From Cyanobacteriota bacterium (GTDB taxonomy: Bacteria; Cyanobacteriota; Cyanobacteriia; Thermostichales; Thermostichaceae), in assembly GCA_033764955.1 (NCBI GenBank), contig JANRIL010000023.1, positions 97,290 through 161,289 on the forward strand: a stretch of DNA of 64,000 nt, read 5' to 3'. The notes under the pieces are model-generated. The model saw only the letters and a program-made list of their open reading frames with translations. It was not told the origin of the DNA and did not search any database. Position numbers and translations under genes: made by a program. Positions 9,933 through 18,000 of this stretch are shown in pieces; position 1 is the first letter of the stretch, and each line of letters opens with the position of its first letter.

Positions 9933-10886
9933 TTGTTCTTCATTGCCAGATCTAACTCACCCAGCCCAACTCCTACTTTCGATCCGACTCCTCCCCCAGA
10001 TCCCACTCCCTCCGCTTGTCCTTCTCCCTCTCCTAGCCCTGACCTAAAGGATCCTGTTCCGTTTGCCTTTAAGTCTGCCGAAAGAGTTGTCTTGAAAGAT
10101 GATATTTATTCCCTGAATATGAACTTTGAAGATAACGGATATCATCAAGATCAAGATCGCATCAAGATAACTATCGAATCTGCCGGATCTTTTAACCCTT
10201 CTACACCTGATATTGCAGCTCAACCTGCGCTTCCTCCTATCCATCTCACAGTCACTTTAGGAAATTCAGAGAAAATTGATTTGCCAGGATTTATCAATGA
10301 TGTCACAATCGAGGCGATGGATTTAGGGAGCTATTCTGATGCTGCTACCCTCAACCTTTTGTTTAATAATTATGACCCAACAGGAGGGAGTATTAGTAGT
10401 TATAGTCAGTTCGAGTCATTGAGTGCCAATCTGCCAATGCTAGAGCTGGGTCAAAAGTATCAATTTAATTTGGAATGCAGGAGATTATTTTATACTTCCA
10501 GCAGTAACTCTGACCAACTGGCAAGGGCATTAGAAGCTGTTTATGGGGATATGCCCTGTGGCACAAGACCTCATCATATTGTGGCTGCAACGGCAACAGC
10601 AGCGAAATTAGCCCAGGATATTCTGAGAGATTATAGTATTGGCATCAATAGTGCTGAGAATGGAGTGATGTTGCCTGCTAATAGTGAGGTAGCGAAGCGT
10701 GTGCCAGGTGCTATCCACAATGGTGGGCATAGTGGTGATTATTATAGATCTGTTAACAATCGACTGAGAATAGCTAGAGATCAAGCACTTAGCAGCAATA
10801 ACGATTACCAGCAGATTAGAGGGAAAATAATTGATGAACTAAGAGAAATTGCTAACGATCTAGTTGATGGAAGCCTACCATTGTAA
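9933..10886 (+). CDS. Orphan toxin cassette 2: Pro-rich linker, beta-rich domain and AHH-type nuclease (PHH variant)
   Basis: PTPSACPSPSPSPD linker; PCGTRPHHIV...GINSAENGVMLP..IHNGGHSGDYYRSV. Only a weak TTG start. Confidence 0.8.
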   Translation: MFFIARSNSPSPTPTFDPTPPPDPTPSACPSPSPSPDLKDPVPFAFKSAERVVLKDDIYSLNMNFEDNGYHQDQDRIKITIESAGSFNPSTPDIAAQPALPPIHLTVTLGNSEKIDLPGFINDVTIEAMDLGSYSDAATLNLLFNNYDPTGGSISSYSQFESLSANLPMLELGQKYQFNLECRRLFYTSSSNSDQLARALEAVYGDMPCGTRPHHIVAATATAAKLAQDILRDYSIGINSAENGVMLPANSEVAKRVPGAIHNGGHSGDYYRSVNNRLRIARDQALSSNNDYQQIRGKIIDELREIANDLVDGSLPL

Positions 10887-10922
10887 AACCAAATCTCTAA
10901 CAAAGACACAGAAGAGAAGCAA

Positions 10923-11561
10923 ATGAATATCTATATTCTTGACCAAGATGTAAATCCTTACAACTTGCTTAATCTTGAATCAAGTGATTCCAGAAGAATT
11001 ACTGCTAACAACAGAGAGAGAAAATGGCTCCATAAAAAGCCAATTAAGCATGAATGGATTCCTTGCAAAGCTTATTGGGTAACTGATGAAAAACCTAAAA
11101 AGTATCCTCTTTCAGACTTTCCCGGCTGTACAGCATTTCTAGCCTTCAGTCAGAAAGCAGTAAATGTATTAGAAGACCTGCTCATTCCAAGTGGTGAATT
11201 ATTACCCATCATTACCGAAGATGGAACCTATTACTGCTACAACGTAACTAACTTTGTGGATGCTCTGGATACAGAAAACTCTGAGTTTGATTATTACTAT
11301 ACTGCTGAGGAAGCTAAATTGCTAGCTCCTGGTTCTTATGGCTATTTAAGGACTAAGGGATTATTAACTGATCGTAGCCTTGGTCATATCATAAATTACA
11401 AGTTTCATCTTGATTTAGTCAAGAATCAAACTGTTTTCAGAATGAATTTATATCACTCAAAAGCTGGTTTGCTTTATGTGTCAGACATATTTGTTGAGCG
11501 GATCCAAGAGCATGGGTTGTTGGGGTTTGCTCCCAAGTTAGTTTGGTCAAGTGATGAGTAG
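10923..11561 (+). CDS. Imm11/DUF1629-like immunity protein (Imm-3, likely cognate of toxin 2)
   Basis: SDFPG..AFSQKA, GELLP, YNVT..DALD and VSD.FV motifs; ends WSSDE. Confidence 0.75.
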   Translation: MNIYILDQDVNPYNLLNLESSDSRRITANNRERKWLHKKPIKHEWIPCKAYWVTDEKPKKYPLSDFPGCTAFLAFSQKAVNVLEDLLIPSGELLPIITEDGTYYCYNVTNFVDALDTENSEFDYYYTAEEAKLLAPGSYGYLRTKGLLTDRSLGHIINYKFHLDLVKNQTVFRMNLYHSKAGLLYVSDIFVERIQEHGLLGFAPKLVWSSDE

Positions 11562-12512
11562 CGAGCTGCTTATTTCAGTTCGCCTCCTTCACGCAGTCTA
11601 ACTCCCACACCTACTCCGGATCCTCCCCCAACTCCGGATCCTCCCCCAGATCCCACTCCCTCCGCTTGTCCTTCTCCCTCTCCTAGTCCTTCACCGGATC
11701 CCAAAGTTGACGATAAGATTCCTCCCTCCAGCATTGTCATTAGTTCCAATGAATATTTGCTTGAAAATGAGTTGTGGGATAATGGACATTATCCTGATGA
11801 TGGAGACAGAGTTAGCATCACTGTTACACCTCTCCTGAATAAGCAAAATGGAGTCACTATCAACTCTCCATACCCACAAGTCGAAACTACCCAATCAAGC
11901 CAATTGCTTTGGGATCAGGGAACCGTAGCAAACCAGCCTCTTCAACTCAGAGCAGTTTTCAGTAAGATAAAGATTGAGGTAGCTTCTGAGGGGACTTATC
12001 CGCCTGCCACTATGGGTTTTCAACTGCTGAACAGTATTTCTCCATCCTCAGCTACTGTTTGGAGTAGTCTTCTTGGAAGTGACGGTCAAGCCAATCAATT
12101 TATAGAATTTGAGGTGGAATGTCGGATATCACCCACTAATCGCCTAGCCCAAAACATTCAACAAGGGAGCCATTTACCTGAAGCGCCTCCCCCAACCTTT
12201 CAACCATGTGATACTCAGACGCATCATATCGTAGAGCAAAATGATCTTTGTGCTCAGCAAGCACGAGATGTATTAGATAGCTATCAAATCAGCATTGATG
12301 ATGCAGTGAATGGAGTTTTCTTACCTGGGAGAAGAGAGTCCTATGCTCCTGGCCCATATCATCAAACTGTTCATACGGACAAATATATTGATACAGTAAA
12401 TGAACTCTTACAAATAGCAAAAACCAATAATAAACCAGTTAATGAAATAGTTCAAATCCTCAATGGATTAAGAGCTAGACTTCTGAACCATGATTCAACC
12501 CTATGGCTTTAG
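11562..12512 (+). CDS. Orphan toxin cassette 3: Pro-rich linker, beta-rich domain and AHH-type nuclease (THH variant)
   Basis: The frame is open from 11562 (RAAYFSSPPSRSLTPTPTPDPPPTPDPPPDPTPSACPSPSPSPSPDPKVDDKIP...). C-terminal PCDTQTHHIV...SIDDAVNGVFLP..YHQTVHTDKYI. Confidence 0.8.
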   Translation, partial: RAAYFSSPPSRSLTPTPTPDPPPTPDPPPDPTPSACPSPSPSPSPDPKVDDKIPPSSIVISSNEYLLENELWDNGHYPDDGDRVSITVTPLLNKQNGVTINSPYPQVETTQSSQLLWDQGTVANQPLQLRAVFSKIKIEVASEGTYPPATMGFQLLNSISPSSATVWSSLLGSDGQANQFIEFEVECRISPTNRLAQNIQQGSHLPEAPPPTFQPCDTQTHHIVEQNDLCAQQARDVLDSYQISIDDAVNGVFLPGRRESYAPGPYHQTVHTDKYIDTVNELLQIAKTNNKPVNEIVQILNGLRARLLNHDSTLWL

Positions 12513-12516
12513 GCTT

Positions 12517-13062
12517 ATGAACATATACCATCTTGATATTGATAATGAGGGCGTCATGTTTCATTTTACGGATCCCAAACAATCCAAGAAACTGCTGGAA
12601 AATGGATGGACGGAAGACAAATCAATTCAAGATACTTGGAATCCAGCCCATATTTCTATGTCAAAAAGACAAAGAGGTAAAATCCCAGGAGACCGTGCTA
12701 CTATTTATGGAACTATTCCAGTTTTTAGTGATTTAGCAGTTAAGGTTTTAGGCAGTTTCTTATTAGAGAGTGGAGAGCTTTTACCGCTGCAACCATGTTT
12801 TGGCACATATTTTGTTTATCACTTTACCTCGTCTTGTGATTGCCTAGATGAACGAAACTCTGAGTTTAGAACACTCCCTTCTGGATCACCAATAGAAATC
12901 ATAAAACATTCATTCTTCCCAAGTAAAATAGGTGATTTACAAGTTTTTAGGGTTCCTCATAAAAAATTTAAGATTTTCGTTCGCGATCAATTTGTCGAGT
13001 TAGTTCGCCAACACCATTTAACAGGATTTAAGTTTGATAAAGTTTGGTCATCCTCTTCTTAG
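12517..13062 (+). CDS. Imm11/DUF1629-like immunity protein (Imm-4, likely cognate of toxin 3)
   Basis: Starts MNIYHL like its paralogues (ATG 12517); PVFS, GELLPL, LDE..S and LTGFKF..VW motifs. Confidence 0.75.
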   Translation: MNIYHLDIDNEGVMFHFTDPKQSKKLLENGWTEDKSIQDTWNPAHISMSKRQRGKIPGDRATIYGTIPVFSDLAVKVLGSFLLESGELLPLQPCFGTYFVYHFTSSCDCLDERNSEFRTLPSGSPIEIIKHSFFPSKIGDLQVFRVPHKKFKIFVRDQFVELVRQHHLTGFKFDKVWSSSS

Positions 13063-13155
13063 ACACTCCAAAGCTCCTATCAGAGAAATGAAGAGTTAAA
13101 CAATATAAGAACAGGTTAAAATCAGATATATTTTCTCTTAATTAGGTCAAAGTGA

Positions 13156-13689
13156 ATGAATGTGTACGAACTTTATCCAGATGCCAATCAATTTCGGGGT
13201 TTCACTGTGGTAAAAACAGAGAACTTAAGTCTTGAGAGTTGCTTCTTTAGAGGAACCCCACTCCTAAATTCATGGCACTCACTTCATATAGAACCAGTCG
13301 AGCAGCATGTCATTGAAAGCAGGAAATTGAGTGACTTTCCTGCTTTTTTTTCAATGATCTGTCCTGTATTTAGTAAAGCATCTGTTGATGTTTTACAAGA
13401 TATTCTTTTAGAGAACGGAGAGGTACTACCTTTAATTTCCTCAATTGGCAATTATTTTGCTTATAATATCACTTGTATAGCTGATGTATTAGATGCTGAA
13501 AGTTCGATTATAAGAAATAAAAATATCGAAAAACATGTATTTCATTCTAATAAAATTAGATCATTGAAAATATTTAAGATTCCGCAAACTATTTTAGTTA
13601 GAGCTTATGTGACTGATGAATTTGTTGATCGAGTCAGTGTGGCTAAACTTACTGGATTCAAATTTAGATTTCTTTGGGCTGATTCATAA
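13156..13689 (+). CDS. Imm11/DUF1629-like immunity protein (Imm-5, orphan)
   Basis: MNVYELYPDAN; SDFP..PVFSKA; GEVLPL; YNIT..DVLD; VTDEFV..LTGFKF..LW. Confidence 0.75.
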   Translation: MNVYELYPDANQFRGFTVVKTENLSLESCFFRGTPLLNSWHSLHIEPVEQHVIESRKLSDFPAFFSMICPVFSKASVDVLQDILLENGEVLPLISSIGNYFAYNITCIADVLDAESSIIRNKNIEKHVFHSNKIRSLKIFKIPQTILVRAYVTDEFVDRVSVAKLTGFKFRFLWADS

Positions 13690-13808
13690 CTAATATTTCG
13701 ATTGCAATCCTTCCTCGAACCACGAGATCTTGGGATTCTCAAGCTAAATTGGAACGGCTATAACTATCGATCATTTATCAACAACTACCAATTTTTCGAG
13801 GTGCCTAA

Positions 13809-14942
13809 ATGTATAACTGGATGTCAAAGAAAATTGGACAGGCAAAGCAAATTGCTAGCAAATATGACATCGAATGGTCATTTGTTTTTGAGCCTCCGGC
13901 TAGTTTGGAGCAAATTAATGATCATGAACTTTCACTAGATATTGTATTTCCACCAAGTTATCGAGAGTTCTTAATGTTACATAATGGTATGACGTTGTTC
14001 CTATCAGAAAATTACTCAACAGCCATCAAGATATATGGACTTTCCGAGATAAAAAGATCTGAAAATCAATCAATCTTTGTTTTTTCTGACGACACTAATC
14101 GAGAATTTCACTCAGGATTTCATATTAGCAAGGAACACTATGAGAGTAAAATAGTGAAATGCTATTATGACTATCCGTATGAAGATTGGCCTTTCCTAGT
14201 TATTGCTAATTCATTTGATCAATGGTTAAAGAGAATATTTAATGCTGTTACCTTTTGGGAGATAGACCCTAAATACTGGTTAACAGCCTACCAATATTCG
14301 GGATGGAGTCAAGATAATATCCTCCGGGTCTCAAAAAATAGATTTCTCGAATATTTATCTGAATCTTCTCAAGAAAGTCAGATCATCAAAGATTTAGTTT
14401 GCCGTGGAAATCAGAAGAGACTGGAAAAAGATTTTCATAGCGCAATCGAATATTTTAATCGAGCAATAAACATTGATCCATTTAATTACTCTTATTTTTC
14501 TTCTCGTGGTTATCTGCTTTTTCAAGCTAATCAGATTGAAAAAGCTCTAAGTGATTATAATTATAGCATTAGTAATTACCCTATGCCTTCTGACTATAAA
14601 TATCGAGGGGTTATTCGTCATCAACTCGGTGACTTATGGGGTGCAGCACAGGATTTTACTTGTGCGATAGAGCATTATTGGACATGGACTAGTTATGACT
14701 TAGGAGATCCATCCATTATTGCTGATATTTATTGTTTGCGTGCTCAGGTGCTTGTCAAAGTGAATAGAGGGATAGGAGCAGTGGAAGATTTAAAAAATGC
14801 TGCTATTATTTACGATCACTGTCATAGAAGCTCTGAATATGAAGCTACTATTATCAAAATTAAGGAGATCCATCTGGATTGGGATGAAGCTGAGATTGCG
14901 GAAGTTGAAGATTGGCTTAAACACCAGTTGCAACGATTTTGA
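13809..14942 (+). CDS. SMI1/KNR4 (SUKH) immunity-family domain fused to TPR repeats
   Basis: N-terminal PPASLEQI..E..L.I.FPPSYREFL..HNG...IANSFDQWL is SUKH-like. C-terminal AIEYFNRAINIDP...RG..ALSDYN are TPRs. Confidence 0.7.
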   Translation: MYNWMSKKIGQAKQIASKYDIEWSFVFEPPASLEQINDHELSLDIVFPPSYREFLMLHNGMTLFLSENYSTAIKIYGLSEIKRSENQSIFVFSDDTNREFHSGFHISKEHYESKIVKCYYDYPYEDWPFLVIANSFDQWLKRIFNAVTFWEIDPKYWLTAYQYSGWSQDNILRVSKNRFLEYLSESSQESQIIKDLVCRGNQKRLEKDFHSAIEYFNRAINIDPFNYSYFSSRGYLLFQANQIEKALSDYNYSISNYPMPSDYKYRGVIRHQLGDLWGAAQDFTCAIEHYWTWTSYDLGDPSIIADIYCLRAQVLVKVNRGIGAVEDLKNAAIIYDHCHRSSEYEATIIKIKEIHLDWDEAEIAEVEDWLKHQLQRF

Positions 14943-14968
14943 GACAAGACTTTAGTCAGTCAACCAGC

Positions 14969-15055
14969 AGCAACAACATTATCAATACAGAATTAATACA
15001 GACTCAATTAAATCAAATACAACAAGAACTAATTGCAAAAACATTTCCGCATTAA
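14969..15055 (+). pseudogene. Remnant of a toxin-1-like 3' end
   Basis: Nearly matches 9274-9349 (agcaacaacattatcaatacag...aattaaatcaaatac.acaaga.ct.attgcaaaaacatttcc.cat), with an 11-nt insertion. Followed by a near-identical spacer (ggctg[a/g]agc) and an Imm start. Confidence 0.8.
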
Positions 15056-15064
15056 GGCTGGAGC

Positions 15065-15616
15065 ATGAATATTTATCATTTAGTTCCTGATGTAAACAGA
15101 TATCAATCCTTGATTGTAGGAAGTGGCAAGAGACTCAATGAAGTAAGTAAGTTTACTTTTGGAAATCCTGTATTAGAGATTTGGGAACCAGTACAAGTCA
15201 GACTTGCTACTGATCTTGACAAACCTCCCCTACCAATTAGTGATTTTCCAGGTTTAGGTGGAATGCCTGCTTTTACAGGAAAAGCAATCGAATCCTTAGA
15301 TGAAATGCTTAGGATGAATGGGGAGTTATTGCCATTAGAAAGTGATGATGGAGTATTTTATCTCTACAACACTACAACTATTGTTGATGCTCTTGATGAA
15401 GAAAAATCAGATCTCTTAAGAAATAAAAACGGTCAGATTCGTCATATTAGGAAACATCACTTCATTCCTCAAAAGGTTATAGAACTTATGATTTTTAAGA
15501 CTGTGCAAGCTCCTCGAACAAGTTATCCCTGTGTGACAGATCGATTTGTTAATGCTGTTGAACAGGCTCAATTAACGGGATTTGTGTTCCGCAAGCTTTG
15601 GTCAAGTGATGAGTAG
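15065..15616 (+). CDS. Imm11/DUF1629-like immunity protein (Imm-6)
   Basis: Close paralogue of Imm-1 and Imm-2 (same 183 aa length, same WSSDE end). Confidence 0.8.
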   Translation: MNIYHLVPDVNRYQSLIVGSGKRLNEVSKFTFGNPVLEIWEPVQVRLATDLDKPPLPISDFPGLGGMPAFTGKAIESLDEMLRMNGELLPLESDDGVFYLYNTTTIVDALDEEKSDLLRNKNGQIRHIRKHHFIPQKVIELMIFKTVQAPRTSYPCVTDRFVNAVEQAQLTGFVFRKLWSSDE

Positions 15617-15843
15617 TGAGTTGCTTATTCAGGCAAATCAGTGATTGTTCTTCATTGCCAGATCTAACTCACCCAGCCCAACTCCTACTTTCGATCCGAC
15701 TCCTCCCCCGGATCCCAGTCCCTCCGCTTGTCCTTCTCCCTCTCCTAGTCCTTCACCGGATCCCAAAGTTGACGATAAGATTCCTCCCTCCAGTATTGTC
15801 ATTAGCTCCAATGAATATTTGCTTGAAAATGAGTTGTGGGATA
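15617..15843 (+). pseudogene. Truncated chimeric toxin cassette 4
   Basis: The 5' part matches the cassette 2 leader and the 3' part matches cassette 3 up to ENELWD; similarity then stops abruptly at about 15843. Confidence 0.8.
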
Positions 15844-16047
15844 TCACGTGTCTCAGTAATTACTATGCAGGACTACCCGCCCCATGCCCTATTAGCTTTT
15901 GTCCCAATCAATCTCAAAGGGATGCAAAGTTAGCGTATCAGCGAAATCACTTGGAAGCCTGAAGGGGGGTGATTGCTCCGTAGCCCCTTTCCCAGGGCAG
16001 TCGAGGGGGGTTAGCCTCTACCCGACCTTCAAGAGAAGAGCAGTATC

Positions 16048-17901
16048 TCAGCAGATCGGATCCCTGGTTGGGGGAGGTGGGAGAGTATAGCCCCGTGGTG
16101 TAATCAGATAGTGATGGTGATAGAAAGTCTGGCTGTTGCCGATCAACACCAGGGTCATCATATCGATCTGGGCTAAATCAGCCGCTTGTAGGGTGGTGCG
16201 GGTCAACGATTGATCCGCTCGATAGAGGGAGCGGGCTAACACCACCGGAGTTTGGGGATCCCGATAGCGCTGGAGAATCTCCCAGGCTTTTGTCAGTCCA
16301 GCCGTCCGCTTTTCGGAACGCGGGTTATAGAGGGCGATGACAAAATCGGAGCTGGCGGCGGCCTCTAGTCGCTCCTCAATGCGCGACCAGGGAATCAGCA
16401 GATCCGATAGGGAAATGGCACAAAAATCCTGCATCAAAGGGGATCCCAGTTGAGCCGCCGCCGCCTGCAAGGCTGTAATGCCGGGGAAGGTTTGTACCAT
16501 CGGATGTTCCCCATCCCAGCCTGTTGCTGCCAAACACTGCAAAACCAAGCCCGCCATGCCATAGATCCCCGCGTCACCTGAGGACACCACTGCCACCCGC
16601 AACCCCCGCTGGGCAAGGGTGATAGCTCGTTGGGCACGGGTGATTTCTTGGGTGATCGGGCTGGCTTCCACAATTTGTCCGGCATGAAGCAAGGGATCCA
16701 GTAGTTCCAGATAGAGCTGATAACCAATCACCACCTCTGCCTGGGTGAGAGCCGCCCGTGCCGCCGCCGTCATCTGGCTGAGTTCTCCAGGTCCCATGCC
16801 GATCAAGGCCAGAGATCCCTGACGAGGGGTGTATTCCTGCTGAGCACGGGCAATCGCTAGGGTGCAGGATCCCTGAGGGTGAAGATAGATCTGTTTTTCC
16901 ACTAGCAACTGCTGAGTCTGAGCCGCTTGTAACGCCGCCGCTTCCGCCACCGATGGGGTTCCCACCGCCTGCTCCACCACCTCCGACGGATGAGGAACGG
17001 CCTGCCCAGCCAATTGGGATGGGGAATAAAAGCGAAGCGGCCACTGATAGCGATCCGCTAGCTCCTGAAGCGCCCGTTCATCCCGCTTCAGATCGAGACT
17101 GGCTAATCCCGCCATCGCCGCAAAGGCCAGATCATGCTGCTGCAACGTCGTGCGAATCGCCTCTACTAACACCTCCGTAGGGATCCCCCGTTCACAGCCC
17201 ACCCCCACCCAGAGGGTACGGGGATGCCAAACCACCCTGGGTTGAGCCGTTGATGGCACAACCTGATCGGTAATCCAAAGCTGAGCTACTCCCTCTTTTC
17301 CCTCCCCACCTCCCGCCAAACCGAGCAGGGAATGGGATCCTGACCAGGCTTGTTTCCAGAGATCCCACCCACAGGTTTGTTTCACCTGCACCGGTTGTTG
17401 TTGGGTGAGGGCGGCAGCTACCGCTGTCCAATCTCCCGTGCCTTTTTGCCATCCATAGGGATCCCCTAGCTGATCGAGGGCAGGCAGGGCTTGGCCGCTG
17501 GAGGCGGAAGTAATCACTGCTTCTACTCCCAACAAAGCCGCCACCCGCCGACTTAAAGCATCCGCTCCCCCCCGATGCCCGCCACTCACACTGACCACAA
17601 ATCGGCCTGTCTCATCCACCGCTACCACACCGGGATCCGAAGCCTTGTCCTGTAAGTGGGGGGCAATCAGCCGCACCACGCATCCCACCGCCAGAATAAA
17701 CACTAGCCCACTCCCCCGCCCCCACAACTCCCCCACCGCCTGCGCCAGGGATCCCTCATACACGCACAACTCTGCGGCCGGTAGGGTGGCGGCGGTGGCT
17801 GCCGAAGTCCAGATGGCGCAATTGGATAAGCCCTGCCGCAGTTGTAACGCCAAGCGACAGCCGCGCGGGGTCGCCGCCATGATCACTATCGACACAAGCA
17901 A
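16048..17901 (-). CDS. cobJ: Fused cobalamin biosynthesis protein CbiG / precorrin-3B C17-methyltransferase
   Basis: N-terminal CbiG motifs (DPGVVAVDETGRFVVSVSGGHRGGA, VGVGCERG, PSVAEAAAL). C-terminal CobJ motifs (GMGPG, VSSGDAGIYGMA, ISLSDLL, YNPRS, TPRGY). Confidence 0.9.
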   Translation of the reverse strand: MLVSIVIMAATPRGCRLALQLRQGLSNCAIWTSAATAATLPAAELCVYEGSLAQAVGELWGRGSGLVFILAVGCVVRLIAPHLQDKASDPGVVAVDETGRFVVSVSGGHRGGADALSRRVAALLGVEAVITSASSGQALPALDQLGDPYGWQKGTGDWTAVAAALTQQQPVQVKQTCGWDLWKQAWSGSHSLLGLAGGGEGKEGVAQLWITDQVVPSTAQPRVVWHPRTLWVGVGCERGIPTEVLVEAIRTTLQQHDLAFAAMAGLASLDLKRDERALQELADRYQWPLRFYSPSQLAGQAVPHPSEVVEQAVGTPSVAEAAALQAAQTQQLLVEKQIYLHPQGSCTLAIARAQQEYTPRQGSLALIGMGPGELSQMTAAARAALTQAEVVIGYQLYLELLDPLLHAGQIVEASPITQEITRAQRAITLAQRGLRVAVVSSGDAGIYGMAGLVLQCLAATGWDGEHPMVQTFPGITALQAAAAQLGSPLMQDFCAISLSDLLIPWSRIEERLEAAASSDFVIALYNPRSEKRTAGLTKAWEILQRYRDPQTPVVLARSLYRADQSLTRTTLQAADLAQIDMMTLVLIGNSQTFYHHHYLITPRGYTLPPPPTRDPIC

Positions 17902-18000
17902 CTCCTCAAGACCAAAAAAGAAAGGCTGTTCCTCAGTCTGGCAGGAGAGTTAGACTATGCCCACTGCCACCTGTGCGGTTGTTGCCTGAATAGCCATGCT

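Noticed and set aside
10923..12512. Stop-codon readthrough fusing Imm-3 to toxin 3 (same frame, single TAG)
   Set aside because: At the equivalent junctions of cassettes 1, 2 and 4 the frames differ, so the in-frame arrangement looks incidental.
7494..15843. CRISPR array or integron cassette array
   Set aside because: The repeats are coding Pro-rich linkers spaced more than 1.5 kb apart. No cas or integrase gene and no attC-like hairpins were recognised.
15844..16047. Mobile-element end causing truncation of cassette 4
   Set aside because: Only an 8-nt match (actacccg) to the tnpB right end, which is too weak to support.
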